Below, piece by piece: positions 58,969-64,000 of a stretch of 64,000 nucleotides of DNA. The DNA is from a virus: the IMG/VR virus record IMGVR_UViG_3300047678_000160, positions 31,729-95,728 of that record; one strand, written 5' to 3'. The position numbers and the translations under genes were made by a program. The notes beneath the pieces were generated by a model. The model searched no databases. It was not told where the DNA came from and worked only from the letters and a program-made list of their open reading frames with translations. How positions within the stretch are numbered: position 1 is the first letter of the stretch; every line of letters begins with the position of its first letter.

Positions 58969-59284
58969 TCAGTTCCGTTATTTTACAGTTCAAATTTTTT
59001 TAGTGATAGTTGGGGTAAAGACGCACCCAGCCAAGAAAGCGTATTAAAATAGCCACCGAGCATAGAGTCCTATGGAGGATGAATCTACGGCATCGTTTTG
59101 TGGGATTCAATATCAACATATTCAGTGATAGGTTAGTGTTAGTGAGAAATATGTTGTGAGGCCGAAGTGTATAATTATTTTTTAGAATTGGGGAAAGAAG
59201 ACTTCAACAGAGCGTTTACGTTTGAGAATGTTTTTCTTTCCCCTTACTTTGGGTTTGTCAGTTCCGCATAAAAACTGACCTTAT

Positions 59285-59368
59285 GGTGTCGTTCCTATAG
59301 CGGCGAATAGCTCTGGCTCTTAACCAGATATACAAACAACGGGGGTTCGAGTCCCTCCGGCACCACCA
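59285..59368 (+). tRNA. tRNA-Lys(CTT), atypical
   Basis: Anticodon arm TCTGG-CTCTTAA-CCAGA; long unpaired variable region; CCA. Confidence 0.85.
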
Positions 59369-59429
59369 CTTTTAGAGAACAGCTGGACGGAGACTCCGTT
59401 AATAAATTAACCAGTGTGGTTCTTGTCAT

Positions 59430-59521
59430 TCCTCGGTAGGCTAATTGGTAAGCCGGCAGGCTGTTAACCTGTGTAAGCTCGTAAGAGTTCGATGGAGGTT
59501 CGAGACCTCCCTGGGGAGCCA
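59430..59521 (+). tRNA. tRNA-Asn(GTT) with long variable arm
   Basis: GCAGG-CTGTTAA-CCTGT; variable hairpin AGCTC-GTAA-GAGTT; GCCA end. Confidence 0.85.
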
Positions 59522-59529
59522 TTTCAAAT

Positions 59530-59605
59530 GCATCGGTAGCTCAATTGGTAGAGTGTCTGCCTTCCAAGCAGAATGTTGCAGGTTCGACTCCTGTTCGGTG
59601 CTCCA
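59530..59605 (+). tRNA. tRNA-Gly(TCC)
   Basis: TCTGC-CTTCCAA-GCAGA; TCCA end. Confidence 0.9.
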
Positions 59606-59618
59606 TTTTTTAGTATTT

Positions 59619-59702
59619 GCTTCGATTCCTGTAGCGGCGAACAGTTCAGACTTTTAATCTGACACACAAACATCGGGGGTTCGAGTCCCTCTCGGAGCAC
59701 CA
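59619..59702 (+). tRNA. tRNA-Lys(TTT), atypical
   Basis: TCAGA-CTTTTAA-TCTGA; long variable region; ACCA. Confidence 0.85.
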
Positions 59703-59711
59703 ATTTATCAT

Positions 59712-59788
59712 GGAGTTGTAGCTCAACTGTATAGAGCAACTGTCTTCGAAACAGAAGGTTGTGGGTTAGAGTCCCACTTACTCCACCA
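59712..59788 (+). tRNA. tRNA-Arg(TCG)
   Basis: CTGT-CTTCGAA-ACAG; T-loop TTAGAGT; ACCA. Confidence 0.75.
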
Positions 59789-59931
59789 TTTGTCGGGGCG
59801 GCTAGCACCCTGAACGTTTGTATAAGATAGTCGCCATTTCATGGCCGCATGTGTTCGTAAGTCTCTCTGAAAAGAGAGAGCCAAACAACCGGTAATACAG
59901 CGAAACGTCTGAGGACAAACGAAGAATTTAC

Positions 59932-60006
59932 GCGGAATTCATATACCGGCTATTATGTGAGTTTTCCAAACTTGACAAGGCGGCTCGACCCCGCCATTCC
60001 GCACCA
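59932..60006 (+). tRNA. tRNA-Gly(TCC), divergent second copy
   Basis: Acceptor GCGGAAT/ATTCCGC; TGAGT-TTTCCAA-ACTTG; T-loop CTCGACC. Confidence 0.7.
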
Positions 60007-60070
60007 ATTTCTGGCCAAGAAGAGGTAACACGGCGTAATTAACCTGTATGACCTCCTGAAACGTAATATG

Positions 60071-60147
60071 TTAGCTGTTCGGCTAGTGGCAGGCCAGCCC
60101 CCCCCTAAAGGGGCGCGCATAGGTTCGATTCCTATACAGATTAACCG
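60071..60147 (+). tRNA. Degenerate tRNA-like element with 8-nt anticodon loop CCCCTAAA
   Basis: D-arm GGC/GCC, stem GCCCC/GGGGC, T-arm ATAGG-TTCGATT-CCTAT; imperfect acceptor, no CCA. Confidence 0.45.
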
Positions 60148-60182
60148 CGACCTACGTTTCTTAAACTTTCTGTTAGTAATTT

Positions 60183-60268
60183 GGTGGCATCGCATAGCGG
60201 CAATTGCGCGGCACTGTAAATGCTGTGGCCTTCGGTCTTCGTTGGTTCGAGTCCAACTGTCACCACCA
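60183..60268 (+). tRNA. tRNA-Tyr(GTA)
   Basis: CGGCA-CTGTAAA-TGCTG; long variable arm; ACCA. Confidence 0.92.
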
Positions 60269-60274
60269 ATTTAT

Positions 60275-60351
60275 GGCGTCTTACTCAAGCGGTCCAAGAG
60301 GGTTCTCTGCAAAAGAACTATACGTCGGTTCGAATCCGACAGATGCCTCCA
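60275..60351 (+). tRNA. tRNA-Cys(GCA)
   Basis: GTTCT-CTGCAAA-AGAAC; TCCA. Confidence 0.92.
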
Positions 60352-60361
60352 TTTTTAATAT

Positions 60362-60436
60362 GCCGTATAAACATACATGGTGATGTGCGAGTCTTGTAAA
60401 CTTGAAAACTCAGTTCGATTCTGAGATATGGCTCCA
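60362..60436 (+). tRNA. tRNA-Thr(TGT)
   Basis: CGAGT-CTTGTAA-ACTTG; TCCA. Confidence 0.85.
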
Positions 60437-60448
60437 AACAAATTTTAT

Positions 60449-60522
60449 TGGGATATTGCATAGTGGTAGTGCCTGAGTCTTTGAAACTCGTGGTTATGGT
60501 TCGATTCCATATGTCCCAGCCA
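60449..60522 (+). tRNA. tRNA-Gln(TTG)
   Basis: TGAGT-CTTTGAA-ACTCG; T1-A72, GCCA. Confidence 0.88.
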
Positions 60523-60527
60523 ATTAC

Positions 60528-60603
60528 GGAAGCGTGGCTCGACCGATAAGGCGGCATCTTCATAAGGTGTATCATAAGGGTTTGACTCCCTTCGCTTCCC
60601 CCA
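60528..60603 (+). tRNA. tRNA with CAT anticodon (Met or Ile2), atypical
   Basis: GCATC-TTCATAA-GGTGT; acceptor GGAAGCG/CGCTTCC; CCCA. Confidence 0.7.
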
Positions 60604-60614
60604 TTTTTAAGTTT

Positions 60615-60690
60615 GCCCTTGTAGCTCAGCTGGTAGAGCGCGGTATTTGTAATGCCGATGTCGTCGGTTCGAACCCGTCCGAGGGCTCCA
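60615..60690 (+). tRNA. tRNA-Thr(TGT), second copy
   Basis: CGGTA-TTTGTAA-TGCCG; TCCA. Confidence 0.9.
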
Positions 60691-60704
60691 TTTAAGATTT
60701 TCAT

Positions 60705-60778
60705 CCATTAGAAGTGTTACGGTAGCACACACCGTTTGGGGCGGCGGAGACACAGTTCAATTCTGTGCTAGTGGACCA
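60705..60778 (+). tRNA. tRNA-Pro(TGG)
   Basis: CCG-TTTGGGG-CGG; acceptor CCATTAG/CTAGTGG; ACCA. Confidence 0.75.
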
Positions 60779-60784
60779 TTTTAT

Positions 60785-60860
60785 GGCGCGTAAGATTTGC
60801 TGTTGAATTACGTTCTTGGTAAGAACGACCAATGCGGTTAGACTCCGCAACGCGCATCCA
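60785..60860 (+). tRNA. tRNA-Thr(GGT), atypical D/T loops
   Basis: CGTTC-TTGGTAA-GAACG; TCCA. Confidence 0.7.
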
Positions 60861-60929
60861 TTTCAATTTGTTCAAACAGTGTTCAAAGAGGTTCGAAACT
60901 TGGAGAAGCGACTGTGGATTAGTATTCGG

Positions 60930-61003
60930 TGGGTTATAGCTCAGAGGTAGAGCGTCCTCCTAATAAGAGGAAGGTCGGAGGTTCAATCCCTTCTAATCGG
61001 TTA
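60930..61003 (+). tRNA. Pseudo-tRNA-Ile(AAT)
   Basis: TCCTC-CTAATAA-GAGGA; good D-arm; broken acceptor, no CCA. Confidence 0.45.
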
Positions 61004-61029
61004 TTCAGAATATGAGTCCTTAACTTTAC

Positions 61030-61106
61030 GCAGATGTAGTTCAATTGGTAGAATGCTTCGTTGCCAACGAAGAGGTTTGTCGGTTCGAGCCCGACCATCT
61101 GCACCA
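61030..61106 (+). tRNA. tRNA-Gly(GCC)
   Basis: CTTCG-TTGCCAA-CGAAG; ACCA. Confidence 0.9.
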
Positions 61107-61332
61107 TTTAAATTTTGTTAAAGATGAGAGTTCAAGTCACGTTTTGTTATTGTAGTTGATATGACTACCAAATTACAATAGTCGGTGACACTTAATACAT
61201 GTGCGAAATGCTCATCTGTAATTCCTTTTGAAAAAAGAAGAAATAAATTATGTAATTGACTACAGCAGACATCATAGATTTATCTATGTGTGGGTCGTCA
61301 CTATAACGCCCACTGCACTCTAAAAACTTTAT

Positions 61333-61404
61333 GGTGTCGGTTTGGGTAAACAGCATCCGTTGAAGGCGGAAGCATCTGGGGTTCGAATCCCCGAGGCACC
61401 ACCA
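61333..61404 (+). tRNA. tRNA-Phe(GAA) with shortened D-arm region
   Basis: TCCG-TTGAAGG-CGGA; T-arm GGGG-TTCGAAT-CCCC; ACCA. Confidence 0.55.
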
Positions 61405-61409
61405 CTTAT

Positions 61410-61484
61410 GGTCGAGTAGCACAATGGTAGTGCTCCGTCTTGATAAGGCGTAGGTTGTGGGTTCGAGTCCCACTTCGACCACCA
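61410..61484 (+). tRNA. tRNA-Ile(GAT)
   Basis: CGTC-TTGATAA-GGCG; ACCA. Confidence 0.88.
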
Positions 61485-61486
61485 AT

Positions 61487-61782
61487 TTGAGGGTCTTTGC
61501 GACTCCTCAAAAAAGGAGTTCTTTTTCAAAAAGAAAAACACCTGAAGAAATATTTGGTATGTGCTCCGATATTAGAGTAAAAACCACTCTTTTGTGTAGA
61601 GCGCTAATAGAAATAGGAACAGAATACAAATGTGTTAAATGTAACACAGGAAAAACATACAATAATTTACCGATAGTTTTAGAAATTGACCATATAGATG
61701 AAAATTGGAAAACAATAGAAAAGAAAATCTTCAATTTATGTGTCCGAATTGTCATAGTCAAAAAACTAAGGGTTTGAAATAA
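61487..61782 (+). pseudogene. Truncated, frameshifted HNH homing endonuclease within the tRNA array
   Basis: YKCVKC, LEIDHID, then after adding one A: NNRKENLQFMCPNCHSQ. Confidence 0.7.
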
Positions 61783-61785
61783 TTT

Positions 61786-61869
61786 GGGCATGTGGCGTAA
61801 TGGCAGCCGCGCAAGTCTTAGGAACTTGTTTCGAAAGAAGTGTGGGTTCGAGTCCCCCCGTGCCCACCA
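61786..61869 (+). tRNA. tRNA-Leu(TAG)
   Basis: CAAGT-CTTAGGA-ACTTG; variable arm; ACCA. Confidence 0.9.
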
Positions 61870-61874
61870 TTTTT

Positions 61875-61960
61875 GGTCGTGTGATGGAATGGCAGACATA
61901 CTTGTTTCAGAAGCAAGCACCTTAACTGGTATGAGGGTTCGAGTCCCTCTGCGACTACCA
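61875..61960 (+). tRNA. tRNA-Leu(CAG)
   Basis: CTTGT-TTCAGAA-GCAAG; variable arm; ACCA. Confidence 0.88.
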
Positions 61961-62142
61961 TTTTAGAATTTGTATGATGCGTTGAGGTTTTCCCTACTCA
62001 ACACTTAGACGAGAAGCTCGTAAACATCAAATAGGTCAAGGGCGACGGACAAGGGGCAACGCGCTACCTACCTGTCGCTGGAAACGTCGGCTCCCCAATC
62101 GATATTCCACAATGGGGCAAAACGGTTGACTTAACAATTTAT

Positions 62143-62217
62143 AGCAGAGTAGAGTATGTGGTAACTTATTTGGCTCATAACCAAGCGCAACGGATTCAAA
62201 CGCCGTCTCTGCTACCA
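62143..62217 (+). tRNA. tRNA-Met(CAT), initiator-like body
   Basis: TTGG-CTCATAA-CCAA; acceptor AGCAGAG/CTCTGCT; ACCA. Confidence 0.75.
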
Positions 62218-62221
62218 TTTC

Positions 62222-62305
62222 GGGGGGATAGCTCAGTAGATTAGAGCACCATCAAGTAGCAATACACGATGGAGGTCGAAGGTTTAAATCCTTCTCCCCC
62301 CACCA
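62222..62305 (+). ncRNA. tRNA-like RNA lacking a canonical anticodon loop
   Basis: Perfect acceptor GGGGGGA/TCCCCCC plus ACCA, D- and T-arms; anticodon arm CCATC-AA-GTA-GCAA-TAC-AC-GATGG. Confidence 0.65.
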
Positions 62306-62311
62306 TTTTAT

Positions 62312-62387
62312 CGGAGTGTATTGTCAGTGGTAGACGGCCGCCTTTGGAGCGCGGAGGCCGTGGGTTCGAATCCCACCATTCCGACCA
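62312..62387 (+). tRNA. tRNA-Pro(TGG), second copy
   Basis: CCGC.-TTTGGAG-.GCGG; C1-G72; ACCA. Confidence 0.85.
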
Positions 62388-62392
62388 TTTAT

Positions 62393-62470
62393 CGTGATTA
62401 AGCTGAAGAACAACGAAGTGTCTCCTTTGGTGGAGAGGATTACAACGTGGAAGTCGTTGGGTCACTACCA
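62393..62470 (+). tRNA. Degenerate tRNA, identity uncertain (6-nt loop TTTGGT)
   Basis: Acceptor GTGATT/GGTCAC, stem TCTCC/GGAGA, ACCA end, non-canonical T-loop. Confidence 0.4.
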
Positions 62471-62501
62471 ATTTAACGATTTAGGAGTCATGACCTAAAA
62501 C

Positions 62502-62576
62502 GTCGCATCTGAGCCTGGACGGACGCCTTCACTGAGGGCAATATCGATTAGTTGGTTCAATTCCAACGGTGCGACA
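62502..62576 (+). ncRNA. tRNA-like element with 8-bp acceptor and no CCA
   Basis: GTCGCATC/GGTGCGAC; T-arm GTTGG-TTCAATT-CCAAC; anticodon ambiguous. Confidence 0.35.
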
Positions 62577-62584
62577 AATTTTAT

Positions 62585-62658
62585 GGGAGTATCATATATG
62601 GGTATTATGCTGCGCTGTCTACGCAATCAAGCGAGTTCGAGTCTCGCTACTCTCGCCA
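62585..62658 (+). tRNA. tRNA-Asp(GTC)
   Basis: TGCG-CTGTCTA-CGCA; GCCA. Confidence 0.88.
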
Positions 62659-62663
62659 TTTAT

Positions 62664-62739
62664 GGGAATATAGTGAAATTGGATATAATAGCGCCCCGCG
62701 AAGGCTCAGTTTTGGGTTCGAATCCCAATATTCCCACCA
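62664..62739 (+). tRNA. tRNA with GCG anticodon (Arg), atypical
   Basis: GCC-CCGCGAA-GGC; acceptor GGGAATA/TATTCCC; ACCA. Confidence 0.6.
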
Positions 62740-62743
62740 TTTT

Positions 62744-62818
62744 GCCTTGGTCGTTCAACGGATAGGACCACTGACTTCTAATCAGTTGATGAGAGTTCGA
62801 TTCTCTCCCGGGGCACCA
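62744..62818 (+). tRNA. tRNA-Arg(TCT)
   Basis: ACTGA-CTTCTAA-TCAGT; ACCA. Confidence 0.92.
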
Positions 62819-62822
62819 CTTT

Positions 62823-62907
62823 ATTGATGAATGACAGAAACGAAGGTTCAAATCCTTCTCTCCGACCACCGGGGATGGTTCAATCAGGTAAAACACTTCA
62901 CATCAAT
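62823..62907 (+). ncRNA. Circularly permuted tRNA mimic (YrlA/Y-RNA-like)
   Basis: Order is T-arm, acceptor stem closed by loop ACCAC, then D-arm; 5' and 3' ends pair (ATTGATG/CATCAAT) with bulges. Confidence 0.6.
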
Positions 62908-62917
62908 TTCAATTTAT

Positions 62918-62993
62918 GGCCCAGTCATTACTAAGGGTAGGTAACGAAGCTTTCAACTTCGGAATCGGAGTTCGACTCTCCGCTGGGCTACCA
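62918..62993 (+). tRNA. tRNA-Glu(TTC)
   Basis: CGAAG-CTTTCAA-CTTCG; ACCA. Confidence 0.85.
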
Positions 62994-63085
62994 TTTGCTA
63001 AGAAAAAAACAGTATAGTCCAAAGATTATTTAGCGTTCTGTCACGAAGCTTCGTGTGTCTACTTGGAACTTAGCATTATTTTTGT

Positions 63086-63160
63086 GGCCTCATAGTATAT
63101 CGGCTAGTATATCTGATTTTCACTCAGAGGAGCCGGGTTCGATTCCCGGTGGGGCTACCA
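63086..63160 (+). tRNA. tRNA-Glu(TTC), second copy
   Basis: TCTGA-TTTTCAC-TCAGA; ACCA. Confidence 0.88.
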
Positions 63161-63272
63161 TTTTGCAAACAGTATTGTTCATTCGAATATTAGTTTGGAC
63201 ACTTGACTGGAAGTGATTTAGTGGGCGGTTGCGAAACTGCATTAGAACACGATTTCATTTCTTTAACTTTAC

Positions 63273-63347
63273 GGCGCTATCGTCTATCGGTTAGGACGAC
63301 TGGTTCTCAACCAGTGGAGCGGGGTTCGATTCCCCGTAGCGCTACCA
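63273..63347 (+). tRNA. tRNA-Glu(CTC)
   Basis: ACTGG-TTCTCAA-CCAGT; ACCA. Confidence 0.9.
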
Positions 63348-63351
63348 TTTC

Positions 63352-63427
63352 GGTTGTGTAGTCTTCGGGGTAAGGCACTTGCTCGACATGCAAGCTCAGG
63401 TGGGTTCGAGTCCCACCACAACCACCA
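63352..63427 (+). tRNA. tRNA-Val(GAC)
   Basis: CTTGC-TCGACAT-GCAAG; ACCA. Confidence 0.85.
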
Positions 63428-63430
63428 AAT

Positions 63431-63739
63431 AGTAATCGCCAGTTCAGATTTTCTTTATCATCCTATCCAAAAGAGTTCGACTTCAACATGATTGAAAAAT
63501 ACGGATGGTATTCAGCAAAAAACAAAGGCGACAATCCAAACGGAGTAAGTCGTGACCACATAATTTCAGTAAGATGGGCATTTGATAACGGCGTGGAGCC
63601 AAAGTGGATAAGCCACCCAGCAAACTGTCAGTTACTCAGACATAATGATAATGTGAGTAAAGGAAAGAAAAAATCAATTTCTCTTCAAGAACTCATAAAT
63701 AAGATTGAAGAATGGGATAAAAAATATTTGGGCTTGTAG
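63431..63739 (+). pseudogene. C-terminal remnant of an HNH homing endonuclease
   Basis: GVSRDHIISV...ISHPANCQLL...DN.SK; N-terminus absent; stop overlaps the next tRNA. Confidence 0.65.
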
Positions 63740-63804
63740 TGATAATGGCAGCACAGTTGATTTGCATTCAACAGGTAAGGGTTCGATTCCCTTCAGGTCC
63801 ACCA
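63730..63804 (+). tRNA. tRNA-Ala(TGC)
   Basis: GTTGA-TTTGCAT-TCAAC; G3:U70 present; ACCA. Confidence 0.92.
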
Positions 63805-63815
63805 TTTTAGATTTT

Positions 63816-63901
63816 GCTTCGGTTCCTATAGCGGCGAATAGTTTAGCCTTTTAAGCCGATGTGTAATAACCAACGGGGTTCGAGTCGCTCCCGGAGCACC
63901 A
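63816..63901 (+). tRNA. tRNA-Lys(TTT), atypical second copy
   Basis: Loop CTTTTAA; same odd D-arm and long variable region as the other Lys tRNAs; ACCA. Confidence 0.75.
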
Positions 63902-64000
63902 ATTACAACTGAGGTTGGGTTCAAATGAACAATCCAATCCGGAGAATCCAACTGATTCTCCTTCCGTGAAAGACGGACGCTTACTGATGACGGCATCGGT

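Noticed and set aside
62502-62576. Selenocysteine tRNA (8-bp acceptor, TCA nearby)
   Set aside because: TCA is not centred in a 7-nt loop, there is no long variable arm and no CCA.
59295-62896. ORFs called by the track across the tRNA array
   Set aside because: They overlap tRNA genes on either strand and are translation artefacts, except the HNH remnant at 61487.
63975-64000. Hammerhead ribozyme core (CTGATGA) at the window end, and CTGAGGA near 59909
   Set aside because: The first is cut off before any GAAA/stem III can be seen; the second lacks room for the required stems.
1-64000. CRISPR array, rRNA, integrase or IS element
   Set aside because: No regularly spaced direct repeats, rRNA-like sequence, or recombinase/transposase motifs were seen.

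Overview
64 kb of a large, AT-rich lytic bacteriophage genome (T4-like/jumbo type), almost all on the + strand. It carries a replication/recombination module: divergent PolA-like protein, gp32-like SSB, RecA/UvsX, 5'-3' exonuclease, DnaB/gp41 helicase, class II RNR NrdJ, PolB, sliding clamp and clamp loader. It also carries rIIA/rIIB, a MoxR AAA+/vWA pair, and candidate DNA-modification enzymes (Mom-like GNAT, DUF4338, GT4 glycosyltransferase, methyltransferases). A broad RNA-repair and ADP-ribose toolkit, several homing endonucleases (many decayed) and a tRNA array of about 30 tRNAs plus tRNA-like RNAs (59.3 kb to the window end) follow. Main findings: (1) A 39-codon leader peptide containing all 20 amino acids lies upstream of the tRNA array, and its stop-codon region forms an antiterminator competing with an intrinsic terminator. 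This is a candidate pan-tRNA-sensing attenuator that would switch on phage tRNAs when translation stalls. (2) An amber-suppressor tRNA(CUA) sits beside an RMF-like gene and a Pth2 peptidyl-tRNA hydrolase whose 5' end is interrupted by in-frame TAG codons in two separate copies. (3) The RNA ligase is fractured by a split intein with a free-standing endonuclease between the halves. (4) There is a circularly permuted, YrlA/Y-RNA-like tRNA mimic and several structurally odd tRNAs. The host may be Verrucomicrobia/Opitutae (weak inference). All calls are from reading motifs by eye; no searches were run.
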